From: Eledone cirrhosa
Lineage: Eukaryota
Reading direction: 5' to 3'
Assembly: GCA_964016885.1 (NCBI GenBank)
Contig: OZ024741.1
Span: 311,054,001 to 311,118,000 of the forward strand
Length of the DNA: 64,000 nt
The notes below the pieces were generated by a model. It saw only the letters and a program-made list of their open reading frames with translations, had not been told where the DNA came from and did not search any database. Positions within the stretch are counted from its first letter, which is position 1. Every line of letters begins with the position of its first letter. Positions 1 to 12,566 of the stretch are shown in pieces. A program made the translations under genes and the position numbers.

Positions 1-360
1 GTGATGGCGATCTGAGGTGCTGGGACAACCAAGTGCCCTCACGAGCATCACCAGTTACTTCTGTTTGGCGCGCCGCCAGTGAAGATAAGAATCTGGCTGT
101 CAGTAGCCCGACTCACCCAAACGTCTTGAACGTCACAGGCTTGATTATGTAGTTAGCTGACAGAACACGGTATTTTAGGATTTTGTTCCGGTCAGCTGCA
201 TCCAGGATGTGGGAAGAAGCAAAAGAGTAACTAACTGTGACGTCCCAGGTAAGGAACCTGCTCTTGACGAGGAATACAGAGTAATGCCGTCAGGTCTTTT
301 TCTCATCCTTTCAGGACAACCGAGATGGGTCCAAAATTGAGGGGATGTTTGCACGGGCCA
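1..360 (-). mobile_element. Degenerate 3' fragment of a CRE-clade (RLE) non-LTR retrotransposon
   Basis: Minus-strand translation across frameshifts gives KRPDGITL...LTWDVTVSYSFASSH...NKILKYR...PVTFKTFG, matching the RLE region of the CRE copies at 14028-14435 (KRPDGMTIFP..LVWDATCTDTF..KFLKYR). Confidence 0.7.
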
Positions 361-574
361 AAGCTCTAAAGTGGTAGTAGGACAGTGTGTGTATGTGCGC
401 GCGCGTGAGTTTGTCGGCGTTCTTAAATTAGAGACACGTATGTGTGTCTCACTGTTATTAAGTTAGACATATATGTATGTATCCCTTTCCTTCCTTTTAC
501 ACACACATACACTCACACAAACACACAAACACATTGCGTGATGGACGGGTGGACAGAAGTCCCTTAAATTTATA

Positions 575-1200
575 TACATGTGAATGGATTTCTACTGAAG
601 CAGTTAGAGAAATCTAAGTATCTTGGAGCCATGTTCATGAGTGATGGAATGCAGGAGGCTGAATTAAGTGCAAGAATTGCAAAAGCTGATGCAGTAATGC
701 ACCAGCCTCAGCAAGAAGATGAAGAGGGTAGGTGTAAAAGCCAAACTCGCTTTCTTCCTAGTATTCCTGCCAAATCTTACTGAGGATCATGAATCTTGAG
801 TAATGACCAAAAGAATACAATTGCAAATAAAAGTGGCAGAAATGGGATTCCTCCGAAGAGTCTTTGGAGTAACGTTACTTGATAAAATGCATAGCTCAGT
901 GACCAGAGAGTCTCTCCTGGTAGAGCCGCTACTTTTCCGAATAGAGAGAGCACAACTCCGATATTATGTGGCTGGAATGTCTCAGTAAAGAATCGCTGGA
1001 CACATTTTACAGGCAAAATCAAGCGGTAAGAGATTCAGAGGTAGAACCTGAGCAAGATAGTTGGATAACATCCATGAGCTTGGCTGGTCACGCTTTGGGA
1101 TCCAGCTGGATCGGTTAGAGATGTTTGCTACCGACAGCTTCGCTGGAAAGGAGTGTTTGAGAAGTACACTGTCCCCACAACCTTCTCAGAATAAGTGGGT
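575..1200 (+). mobile_element. 5'-truncated RTE-type LINE fragment (RT C-terminus and 3' end)
   Basis: ORFs 580-783 and 803-988 (KYLGAMFMSDG..EAELSARIAKA; EMGFLRRVFGVTLLDK..IERAQLRYY). Nucleotide similarity to 41480-42100 (e.g. agcaagat.gtt.gataacatccatgagct). Confidence 0.8.
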
Positions 1201-2210
1201 GAAGAAGATATTGTCAATTTACTTTTCAATTTACATATATCTATATGCATATATATTTGCGTATTATGCACACTACACATGCTAGCAGAAAACCGCCCTT
1301 GGGGCGGTTTTTCTGTTGGTATATATAATGTTAGTATTAATATTATAGTTATAATATAACTGGTATACTGATTCACTGAATTATCTAAACTATCGCAAAA
1401 ATACGGTAATTTCCCCACGAAACAAAACAGGCCGAAAGTAAAAATATATCGCCATGTAATACTGATACACAGAGGATTAGGAATATTTAGGTTTTTTAAA
1501 TTACCGTGTATCAAGTCACGGTGTGGTAGCATATTGTTCACTAATAAAACAGTTCACTTATATCATTTTGTTAAATCTAAAATAAATTTTACAAATTGTA
1601 CTTTCCTCACATGCATTTTTAATTTACAACTATTTAGTGTTTATTTCCATGTTTTATATTTTGTGCAAATAAACAACAGCAAGCATATCTACGGCTGGGG
1701 AGATGGTAATGCCTTACACCTGGGGTGTCGTCTCAACCGGCGTATATAGGCCTGAACCTGAATTACACCTCAGAATTTGATGGGCAACCTATGCTGCGGA
1801 TCAACTTTTACACCTGCATATACGATATATGTATAAATGTATTTATATACACATACATATATATATATATATATATTAATGAACATCCAAGAATTTAACT
1901 GCTGTGATTTACGGATTAATAGGTGAAATATATTTCTTACTTAAAGAAATATATAGAAAGAAGATTAATCACTTTAAAAAGTATCTGTACTTGAAGTTCT
2001 TGTCAAACTTTAATTAGTTACCTAACTAGCTATGTGTGCTTACATTCTTTACAAATTATTCCCTGTGATTGTTTCATGTATTTATTTTATATATATATAT
2101 ATGTCAATATATTTCTAGTTGATAAGTAATGCTCGGATCTAATCTTTGAGCTTATTCTACGGTGGATATGGCGCATGTCTCTCAGACATGACAACCCTTA
2201 ATTTTAATTT

Positions 2211-2292
<82 letters not shown>

Positions 2293-2383
2293 TGTAGATA
2301 TGTGTGTGGATGTGTGGTGTTGGTGGATGTCTGTATGTGTGTGTGTGTGTGTATAGTAAGTACGTAACAATTTTATGAGATAC

Positions 2384-2518
2384 CTTTTTGGCAAAGGAGA
2401 CCAATATAACCTGCAGCACATCCATCTGCACATCTTCCATTTCGCTTGTAACAGTTAATGTTGTTGATACAATGGCAGGTCCCATTACAAGCATGACCAA
2501 ACATTCCTACTGGGCATT
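2384..2518 (-). CDS. Internal coding exon (135 nt, phase 1-1) encoding one laminin-type EGF repeat of a multiple-EGF-domain (MEGF10/11/SREC-like) protein
   Basis: tttcAG|AA TGC CCA ... CAA AAA G|GTatct. Translation ECPVGMFGHACNGTCHCINNINCYKRNGRCADGCAAGYIGLLCQK with 8 Cys, no stops, frame-preserving length. Confidence 0.85.
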
Positions 2519-2933
2519 CTGAAAATATCAATATATATGATAATGTTGAAGATATCATTAATTACATACAGATATCAATGATACAATGTTAAGATTAAAG
2601 TGGTCTTGTGATAAACAAATGAATTTGTTTATTTATTGAATATTATATCGATCCTCTATAAAATATACATGGATTTTTATTTCAGTTAAATGAAATGTTA
2701 AAAAACATTATGAAAGAAACAAACAATATTACAAGAAAAGAAAAATAACATATATAATCCTTCCAAATATTATCATATTCTGCCATTTACTACAATATGT
2801 AATTGCGACATTCTTACATTTAAAAATACACACACACAAATACACACATGTATATATATAATATATACTGTATGTATATAAATGCATACATACACACACA
2901 CATACATACAATCATCCCCCACCCCCCACCCCC

Positions 2934-2980
<47 letters not shown>

Positions 2981-3301
2981 AGTGTTAAAACGATCAAATT
3001 TTAGTTTAGAACATTTATTTGCTGACAATTGTTACTTCCAGAGGGAAGTCTCGAATCATCGGAGCATAGGGAATATCGAAACATGTGACTAAAATCCTAG
3101 TCATTCAGAACATTTAGGGTACATAATTGTTTTTAGTGCCAAAGGCATCATGTGGAGAGTCAGGAGTTAAGAAGATGTTATGCTTGAGAGAACACAATTA
3201 CAGGCAGCACTGGTTGAAAGTGTAATAGGTATAAGCAAAAAGTACAGGCAAAAAAATTACAAGCACAGTCAATAAGGCATGTTTGAGGAAAGAGTTATAA
3301 T

Positions 3302-3421
3302 TGTTTCTACTTTTGGCACAAGGCCAGTAATTACCCAGTGCGTTACTGGTACTTTATTTTATCGACCCCGTAAGGATGAAAGGCAAAGTTTACCTCGGTG
3401 GGATTTGAACTCAGACGATAA
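3302..3421 (-). mobile_element. tRNA-derived SINE (5'-truncated) with 16-bp TSD
   Basis: B-box (rc gagttcaaatcc) and core ctttgcctttcatccttacggggtcgataaaataaagtaccag. TSD aggaaagagttataat at 3286-3301 and 3422-3437. The empty site is present in the opposite arm (~4085-4100). Confidence 0.9.
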
Positions 3422-4318
3422 AGGAAAGAGTTATAATGCAGTTGAAATAAACATATTTTGTGTAGGGTGTTAAAGCATGTTTTAATTGTTATAAATGTTT
3501 AATATAGTGTGCAATTTGTTAGAGAGGCGTGTGATGATAATGTAGGTTATTGTTATGTGAGGTGTAATGCAATGCACATGATAGAGTTGGATAGGTGATT
3601 TTTATTCAACTGTTTATGTGTTATAGTTCGTATGTATGTGTATATGTTGTTTGTAACTCACAGCTATTATCCATGGGATTATTTTGAGTCGTTTATAGTC
3701 AATAGGTGTTTGTTTGTTAAATGTAGATTCCACCGAATTACTGTCCATGTTGTTATTGTAGGTATATTATCTTATGCATTTTTTATCTACAAATTATCTT
3801 TTCTAGGGTTTGTATTAACCGTTATTAACCGTTATTAACCGTTATTAATCTGTTGTATTAATCGTTATTAAGCTGTTAGGTGAGTTACAAACAACATATA
3901 CACATAAACACTTGAATGAATATCACCTATCCAACTCTATCACTTGCTTTGCATTATACCTCACATAACAATAACCTACATTATCACCACACGCCTCTCT
4001 AACAAATTGCATGCCATCTCAAACATTTATAACAATTATAATATGCTTTAACACCCCACACAAAATACGTTTATTTCAACTGCATTATAACTCTTTCCTC
4101 AAACATGCCTTATTGACTGTGCTTGTAAGATTTTTGCCTGTACTTTTTGCTTATATTTCTTACACTTTCAACCAGTGCTGCCTGCAATTGTGTTCTCTCA
4201 AGCATAACATCTTCTTAACTCCTGACTCTCCACATGATGCCTTTGACACTAAAAACAATTATGTAACCTAAATGTTCTGAATGACTAGGATTTTAGTCAC
4301 ATGTTTCGATATTCCCTA

Positions 4319-4365
4319 TGCTCCGATGATTCGAGACTTCCCTCTGGAAGTAACAATTGTCAGCA
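4319..4365 (+). ncRNA. Degenerate minimal type I hammerhead-like motif (mirror copy 3020-3066 minus)
   Basis: tgct-CCGATGA-ttcgagacttccctctggaa-GTAAC-aatt-GTC-agca: stem I tgct/agca, palindromic short stem III. Core deviates (U4C; GAAAC to GTAAC). Confidence 0.55.
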
Positions 4366-4579
4366 AATAAATGTTCTAAACTAAAATTTGATCGTTTTAA
4401 CACATTGTGTCTCGGCTCTGTAAAACACTTGACAATTTGCATTGAGCCTTGTGTCATACCGGTAACTGGCTAGTACTTAGTACTACCCTCCATATTTATA
4501 GTTGTATTAAACATATATAAATATAAATTTCTTTATTGCTATATATATATTACCCACTCTACTACACTAAGTATTAAAA

Positions 4580-4684
4580 ATAATTAGTAGTAAAATTAAA
4601 CTTAGAAGAAATGCGCACATACCGTAATTACCGTAATTACGGTATGTGCGCATTTCTTCTAAGTTTAATTTTACTACTAATTAT
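4580..4684. repeat. Perfect palindrome, 51-bp arms, 3-nt loop
   Basis: ataattagtag...gcgcacataccgtaatta-ccg-taattacggtatgtgcgc...ctactaattat. Confidence 0.95.
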
Positions 4685-4940
4685 GTGTGGTTGATAGTAT
4701 ATTTGATCGGATTCTGCATGCTGCCGAAATGTTTGATAAATAGTGGAACGGAGCCGCCGCGAAGAGGCTACGATCAATTGCTTGTCAGAGATTTCCCCGT
4801 AAGAAAATTTATTCTTAAAGCTTGCTAGATTTGATTTTGTATATGGTTAATTATGCTGATTAGAAGAAGAAATAGTATATATTTTAATATCTGATTGATT
4901 CTATAGACATTATTTATGATATATATATATATAGGGAAAA

Positions 4941-7660
4941 AAGATGAATCGAAAATGCAACTGGAGTCTTTTTTTTTTAAATATATATATTTATTTGGTT
5001 CCTTTACCGGTTTCGCAGTTCTTCTGCTTTTCAAAAGTATAGTTGAGATGGAGCGTCTCTGGTTTTTCTCACATCTGGTTGGTCTTCGAATGTTACTTGT
5101 TTTATATGGCAAAAAGTGGCCAGAAATGCCAGGTTTTTAGAGAAGTAATTTGATTGGTTGTTGAATAAGTATAATACATTTCGCGCCAGTTCGCGTTACA
5201 AAGTTCTTCAAACAAAGGGGGGTGGCTCAGGTTGTTTTTCATATAAGAGTGAAGTTTGTTTGGTTGATCTAGTCACGTGAATAAGCACATCATCTTTCGC
5301 GCCAGTTTGTGTTTGAATTCTTTTTACTTAAAAAAAGTGGCTCACGAAGGCTTTTTTTAAAAATGTAATTTGATTGGTTATAAATGAAATTTTGATGTCA
5401 CGTGAACAATTTCATTAAATCGCGCCCGTATTTGGGAATTTATTTTGTAGCCTTTTAGAAAATGTTGTGCCAAACAAAAGATAATGGTCAAGAGAAATGG
5501 GATGGGGAGATTGTTCTGGTTCAGTGAATATGGCTCGTTCTTTGGGTTGTCAGAATTCAGACTTTCTATTAAAATAAGGAAAGTAGAGATATGTATGATT
5601 ATTTGTGTGCTTGTGTGTGTGTGTGTACGTGTGTGTGTGTGTAGGAAGATGATTCTATTAGTAGAAATGGGGGAGGGAGTTGTGAGTGTGTGTCTGTATG
5701 GGTGTTATATGTGTATGTGTGTGTGGGAGTATGGTTAGCATGTTAAGATGGAGAGAATATATATATAATTTGTGTGTGTGTGTGTGTGTAGGAAAATGAT
5801 TCCGTATGTAGAAATGGGGGAGGGAGTTATATATGTGTGTGTGTATGTTGGGGGGGGGGGGGTAGCATGTTAAGGTGTTAGGGTATTAACATATGTTAAG
5901 GTTTATTTAGTTCTGGTTTTTATTTTCTAAAGTAGGTGTTATGTGTATGTATGTGTCTGTTTGGATGGTTAACATGTTATGGTGTTGACATAATCTATAT
6001 TAAACTATATTTAATGGTGGTCTATATTTTTGAATAAACATATTTTCCTTATTTATTCGTATTTGTTCTGTTGTATTGTCAGCGCAATGGTAAAATGGGA
6101 AGACTTGGGATTTGGGTGTCTTATTACTTGCGCATATGTCTAGATGTGCACTTAGTGGTATCTGTGTCGTGGTTGGATCTCATAATTGTTGGCGATGAAC
6201 TGTCATTCTATTTCTGAGTGTGAGTTTAGTTTGTCCTATATAATCTTCATTGTATCCTTTACCTTTAATGGCATGAAGTAGATTTTTTGATGAGCAAGTG
6301 AAGTGATTTTTTACAGCAAAATTTTGTCCTGATTGAAATGTGTACGTGTTGCCTTCAATGAGGTGAGTGTAGGTTCCACAATTAGAGCGACCACATCTCT
6401 TGACAGTTGGTTGTGGGTTTGTGGTAGGTAATTTGGCATTGGTGAGTAATGTTTTTAGTGATTTCGGTTGTCTTTTGCTGTTGATTATTTTGTGTGTTTC
6501 AGGGGCTTTTTTCATTCTTGGGTCTTATTTCAATATTGGGATGTTCTTGTGAATGTGTTGTAAGCTTCCGCATTTCTTGTGTTAACTAAATAAACCTTAA
6601 CATACGTTAATACTCTAGCACCTTAACGGGCTACCCCCCCCCCCAAACATAACTCCTCCCCCATTTCTACCAACGGAATCATTTTCTTACACACACACAC
6701 ACACATATATATATATATTCTCTCCATGCTAACCATACTCCCACACGCACATACCCACACATACATAACACCCATACACACACACATAACACCCACCCAC
6801 ACACAAAACTCCCTCCCCCCATTTCTATTAATAGAATCACTTTCCTACACACACACACACAAAATATATATATTCTCTCCATCTTAACATGCTAACCATA
6901 CTACCACACACACATACCCACACACACACATAACACCCATACACACACACACTCATAACTCCCTCCCCCATTTCTACTAATAGAATCATCTTCCTACACA
7001 CACACACACACACACAAGCACGCAAATAAACATACATATCTCTACTTTCTTTATTTCAATAGAAAGTCTGACTTCTGACACCCCAGCGCACCAGCCATAT
7101 TCACTGAATCAGAACAATCTCCCCATCCCATTTCTCTTGACCATTATCTTTTGTTTGGCACAAAATTCTCTAAAAGGCTACAAAAGGCGCGATATTTAAT
7201 GAACTTGCTCACGTGACAGTCATAATTTCATTTATAACCAATCAAATTACATTTAAAAAAAAATCCTTCGTAAAAAGAAATTCAAACACAAACTAGCACG
7301 AAAGCTGATGTGCTTATTCACGTAACTGCATCAACCAACCAAGCTTCACTCATATATGAAAAAACAACCTGAGCCCGCCTCCCCTTTGTTTGAAGAACTT
7401 TGTAACGCGAACTGGCGCGAAATGTATTATACTTATTGACCAACCAATCAAATTACTTCTCTAAAACCTGCCATTTTGAACCCCTTTTTGCCATATAAAA
7501 CGAGTAACATTTAAAAACTAACCAGATGTGAGAAAAACCAGAGATCCTCCATCTCAACCCTACTTTTAAAAAGCAGAAGAACTGCGAAACCGGTAAAGTA
7601 ACCAAATAAATATATATATATTTAAAAAAAAAAGACTCCAGTTGCATTTTCGACTTCATC
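4941..7660 (-). mobile_element. 5'-truncated Penelope-like element: GIY-YIG fragment between ~1-kb inverted pseudo-LTRs
   Basis: ORF 6180-6515 (RCGRSNCGT..FTCSSKNLLHAI..EDYIGQTK.TLRNRMTVHRQQ) is a PLE GIY-YIG domain with Cys linker. Arms 4941-5912 and 6583-7660 are reverse complements, each with a decayed hammerhead (gcag-aagaa-ctgc-GAAAC-cg-GTA at ~7572-7595). Confidence 0.85.
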
Positions 7661-7721
7661 ATTTTTTCTTATACTTTCACTCGTGTTATTTTTCATTTTG
7701 TAAAAAAAACCTCACTTTCTA

Positions 7722-7772
<51 letters not shown>

Positions 7773-8010
7773 AAGAGAAAGAGAGAATTAAAATGCTGGT
7801 TCTAACATAGCTTTATACTTATGAGTATGTGTAGTTTGGTATATCTAGTAATATACGATATGTTTGGGTATAATAATAATAAATAATTATAGGGTGTAAA
7901 TATCACGTTTAATATAGACATAACTTTTATATGACAATTATATATGTATGTGTGTGCGTGTGTGTGTGTATGTGTGTGTGTAGTAAATAGGTAACAAGTT
8001 TATGATATGC

Positions 8011-8146
8011 CATCTTGGCAACTCTCACCAAAATAACCTCGAGTACATCCATCTGAACATTTTACCACTCCACGCTGCACAGTTATTATTGTCGATACAA
8101 TGGCATCTCGTAGCACAAGCAAAACCATACCTTCCTAATAGGCATT
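8011..8146 (-). pseudogene. Paralogous EGF exon with +1 frameshift and GC donor
   Basis: tttAG|AA TGC CTA...: ECLLGRYGFACATRCHCIDNNNCAAWSGK, one extra A (ggtAAAAtgt), then CSDGCTRGYFGESCQD G|GCatat. 136 nt; flanks homologous to those of exon 2384-2518. Confidence 0.8.
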
Positions 8147-8729
8147 CTAAAAATATCAATATATATGATAATGTTAAAGATATCATTAATTACATACAGA
8201 TATCAATGATACAAGTTTATATCAAATTTTAAGATTAAAGTGGTCTTGTGTTAAACAAATGAACTTGTATATATATTGAATATTATATCGATCCTCTATA
8301 AAATATACATGAATTTTTAGTCCACTTAAATGCAATGTTGGAAACATTCTGAAAGAAACAAACAATATCATAAGTAAAATAACATATATAATCCTTCCAA
8401 ATCTTACCATATTCTAACAGTGACTACGATATGTAATTGCGAGATTCTTACATTTAAATAAACGCACACAAACACACACTCATAGATATAGATAGATATA
8501 TAATATATACTGTATATGTATAAATGCATTCATATACACATACACACACGCATACATCCGTTCATACATACACACATTCATACATACATACATACATACA
8601 TTCATACATATATATATATATAATATTAGTATTAATATTATTGTTATAATATTAATGGTATATTGATTCACCGAATTATCTAAACTATCAGAAAAACTAC
8701 GGTAATTTCCCCACGAAACAAAATAGGCC

Positions 8730-9095
8730 AATGGTGGATGGGTGCTACACGATAATGCTGAGGGTGGCTCTGAACATTAATCAGTATACACTGAGTATGA
8801 AGAACTCGGAGCTGTACGGGGGCCTCCCGAAAGTCAGCTCAAAAGTGACACAGAGGAAACTGAGGTTAGCTGGCCATGGTCACCGACATCCAAAGTTGAC
8901 ACTGCACACAGTGCTCCTGTGGGAGTCCCTGCATGGACACACTGGAGAGGAAGACCGAAGTTAAAATATGTTCATGTCCTAACGACAGAAACTGCTCTGT
9001 TGGAAACGCAGGACATGGCAGTGATGAGGGACAGAGGCCGCTGGAGAGAACTCGTCCATGGATCTCGGGAATTTTACCCGCCCTAGATAGATAGA
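8730..9095 (+). mobile_element. LINE 3' fragment (RTE/RTE-X-like) with (AGAT)n tail
   Basis: ORF 8731-8964 (DGCYTIMLRVALNI..ELYGGLPKVSSKV..RKLRLAGH.HRH..LLWE) resembles RTE C-termini and ends in tagatagatagat. Confidence 0.7.
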
Positions 9096-9099
9096 TATA

Positions 9100-9405
9100 T
9101 TTCTTTATTAGCCACAAGGGCGCACAAGAAAGGGGGACAATACAAAGACATGCCGGGGATTTTACATACAGTCGTGTAAAAAATATAAAATCAAACAATT
9201 ACAACAATCGAAATCCCCAATAGGAAGAAGGCACTAAAAATGGGTTGATTAATACCCCGTCGATAGAACAACCCTCAACTCCAGGAGCGTGTTGTGCAAG
9301 TGCTCCTTTCTTCCCTTTGCTCTCTTCTTCCACGTACACGCTTATAAACAGAGAAGGCCCAATCACTCGGGCCATTTTCGCTTCATTCACCCACCTTTCA
9401 GAATG
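9100..9405 (-). mobile_element. Tx1/L1-type LINE 3' fragment related to the element at 42140-48160
   Basis: ERWVNEAKMARVIGPSLFI versus ERWVREARMARVNGPTLSI. Both end (rc) cccttgtgg.taataaagaaat. Confidence 0.8.
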
Positions 9406-9509
9406 CTGATACACAGAGGATTAGTAATATTTAGGTTTTTGAAAGTACTGCGTATCACGTAACGGTGTGGTAGCATGTTGTTTACTAATAAAACAGTTCA
9501 ATTAAACCA

Positions 9510-9607
<98 letters not shown>

Positions 9608-9866
9608 CTAGTTATAGTTATGTATATAGTATAAACAACTATAAACAGGAAGGTCAGTAATTTCTTAATTACCTTATTCCAAAATTTTAATTTTAATTTT
9701 AATTTGAATTTGAATGTTTGTACAATTATTGTACAATTCTCGTAAAATATGTCACACCCATTCCACCCTGTAAATACGAAACTGTTGCTCACAACATCAA
9801 TTTATATGTATCTATATTATTGTTAAGTTGAATAGGAGGTTAATTATATGTGCAAACATTGATAAT

Positions 9867-9911
9867 GCTCCGATGACTCCATACGAGAGTTTGGAAGAAA
9901 CGATTGTCAGC
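9867..9911 (+). ncRNA. Minimal type I hammerhead-like motif (same family as 4319-4365)
   Basis: gct-CCGATGA-ctccatacgagagtttggaa-GAAAC-gatt-GTC-agc. Stem I gct/agc, stem II tcca/tgga. Confidence 0.6.
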
Positions 9912-9959
9912 TATTAAATGATTTGAACACAACTTTGATAATTGTATAATTTATTTATT

Positions 9960-10003
<44 letters not shown>

Positions 10004-10383
10004 TTATTCATATTCATATTAGTCCTGGTTTCAATCGGATGCAACCACTGTAGGTCTAGAGCAAAAAACTATTGTAGGGTGTAAATATCACGTTTAATAC
10101 AAAGCTTCAACGAAAATATAACTATTTCATTCAAAATGGATGAAATTATTCTCATCCCTGTCGAAGCGATTTATATGTTAAACATCATATTTACAAACAC
10201 ACACATATATATACTGTTAGACTGGTACATTTCTATCGACATGAAAAGGATGAAGGCAAAGTTATTTGAACGTAGAGAGCGGAGAATCGGAAAGAATATA
10301 TAAACATTCCATCCGGCATTCTAACGACTCATGTATATATATGCCAATTTGCATATATATATATAAATATATTTGACACAGAG

Positions 10384-10474
<91 letters not shown>

Positions 10475-10962
10475 TATATATATATATATATTGGTTTTGC
10501 AAGGTTTTTGAAATGAAATTTTGTTGAAACAAATATTGTTATGTTTGGGGACCGTCATATTGTTATAATATTGCCAGAAATATGAATAGAACACATTCAC
10601 TGTTTTGGTTGGTTTTCACGTCTGTATCTCTCATATCTCCATAGTTTATTTATCTGGTAATCTATGTTTATCTTTGTTTGACCAACGGTTAAAAATACAG
10701 ATATAAATATATTAATATAGCCTACCAAAATTGTTTCGTCATACATCTGTGCTATCATCATCATTGGTGCTGTTATATTTCCTCCGGTTGTATTGTAATG
10801 CCTACGCCATTTTTATTTGATTTATTTAAATAAATTCACTAATATCATAACAATATGACTCTCCCCAAATATAACAATATATATATAACAATATAATATA
10901 TACCAACACGTTATTTCTTAAAGATGTTACATATTTACTATTTTACTATATATATATATATT

Positions 10963-12300
10963 TGTAACCCGCTCGCTCGTGAAATCCACCCAGCTTAAGC
11001 TGACCGGATTCCCATGTTGCTTGCTTTTTCCTATCTTTGCGTTGCTATCATCCTTTTATGTTTGTTTACTTGTCTCGCTCACTTTACGCGATTTACTTGT
11101 CCCAATAGCTTTATTTAGCTATTGCTCGCACCAACCGGAGGTATATGATTTTTAAAGCCATAAAATGCCAATGAAGGTTGGAAAATCACTGACAAAGGAC
11201 TATTTTTATCATATGTAACCCATGTGCCACCACGCAGTATTCTTTCTTCTCATGTTTTTTATATATATTTTCCTCGGCTGCGTTTGTCTGTTTCTCTCTT
11301 ACTGCTTCCCCGCTCTCTCTGTTTCTCTCACCTTCTTCGCCCCCTCTGTCAGTTACACTTTCTCTCGACTGGCCTCTTCCTCGCACTTCCACTCACTTAC
11401 TCTCTGTTTCTCCCCTTCTCACTTCCTCGCGTTTGGCCTGTAGTGTGTTCTCTTCTTGCTCACATCTCACTCACGTCGGATGGTCTGTATAACGCTCGCT
11501 CATGAAATCCACTCAGCTTAAGCTGACCGGATTCCCAGTTGCTTGTTTTTTATTATCTTTAGTTGCTATCATCCTTCTATGTTTGTTTACTTGTTTCGCT
11601 CGCTTTACGGGATTTACTTGTCCCAATAGCTTTATTTAGCTATTGCTCGAACCAACCGGAGGTATATGATTTTTAAAGCGATGATATACCAATGAAGGTT
11701 GGAAAATCACTGACGAAGGACTATTTTTATCATATGTAACCCATGTGCAACCACGCAGTATTCTTTCTTTTCATGTTTTTTTTATATATATTTTGCTCGG
11801 CTGCGTTTGTCTGTTTCTCTCTTACTGCTTCCCCGCTCTCTCTGTTTCTCTCACCGTCTTTCGCCCCCTCTCTCAGTTACACTTTCTCTCGACTGGCCTC
11901 TTCCTCGCACTGTCACTCACTCATTCTCTGTTTCTTCCCTTCTCACTTCCTCCCGTTTGGCCTGTAGTGGGTTCTCTTCTTGCTCACAGCTCACTCACGT
12001 CGGATGGTCTGTATTACGCTCGCTGATGAAATCCACCCAGCTTAAGCTGACCGGATTCCCATGTTGCTTGTTTTTTCCTATCTTTGCGTTCCTATCATCC
12101 TTCTATTTTTGTTTACTTGTTTCGCTCGCTTTACGCGATTAACTTGTCCCAATAGGTTTATTTAGCTATTGCTAGCACCAACCGGAGGTATATGATTTTT
12201 AAAGCGATGAAATACCAATGAAGGTTGGAAAATCACTGACGAAGGACTATTTTTATCATATGTAACCCATGTGCAACCACGCAATATTCTTTCTTCTCAT

Positions 12301-12303
<3 letters not shown>
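10963..12303. repeat. Head-to-tail tandem array, ~523-bp unit, ~2.5 copies, bounded by (TA)n
   Basis: tgaaatccac.cagcttaagctgaccggattccc recurs at 10980, 11503 and 12027. Diverged homologue at 34620-35393. Confidence 0.95.
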
Positions 12304-12399
<96 letters not shown>

Positions 12400-12435
12400 G
12401 TTAAATAGTAAATACGTAGCATCTTTAGGAAATAC

Positions 12436-12566
12436 TTCGTGGCAGTCGTCACCATGATAACCTGCAGAATATCCATCTGAACATCTTCAATTTCGCTTGT
12501 CACAGTAAATGTTGAAACAATGACATGTCTCTTTACAGACGAAATCAAATTTTCCTGCTCGACATT
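12436..12566 (-). pseudogene. Third paralogous EGF exon with in-frame stop
   Basis: tttcAG|AA TGT CGA...: ECRAGKFDFVCKETCHCFNIYCDKRN*RCSDGYSAGYHGDDCHE|GTattt. TGA stop, one Cys to Tyr, 131 nt (1 nt short of phase 1). Confidence 0.8.

Larger units (their letters stand above)
2981..4404. mobile_element. Fold-back element (arms ~2981-3660 and ~3880-4404), Penelope pseudo-LTR-like, no ORF
   Basis: gtgttaaaacgatcaaattttagtttagaacatttatttgctgac at 2981 is the reverse complement of 4360-4404, and homology continues inward for ~520 bp. Each arm holds a hammerhead-like motif. Adjacent to (TA)n. Confidence 0.85.

Noticed and set aside
1283-1318. GC hairpin followed by T-run resembling a rho-independent terminator
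   Set aside because: Eukaryotic intron context; more likely a transposon-end remnant.
2182-2500. Many ORF-track entries with YIYI, VCVC, HTHT, poly-L/I/N (also 9502, 10262, 13509, 23176-24733, 27464, 52612, 54257)
   Set aside because: Translations of microsatellites and low-complexity pseudo-LTR sequence, not genes.
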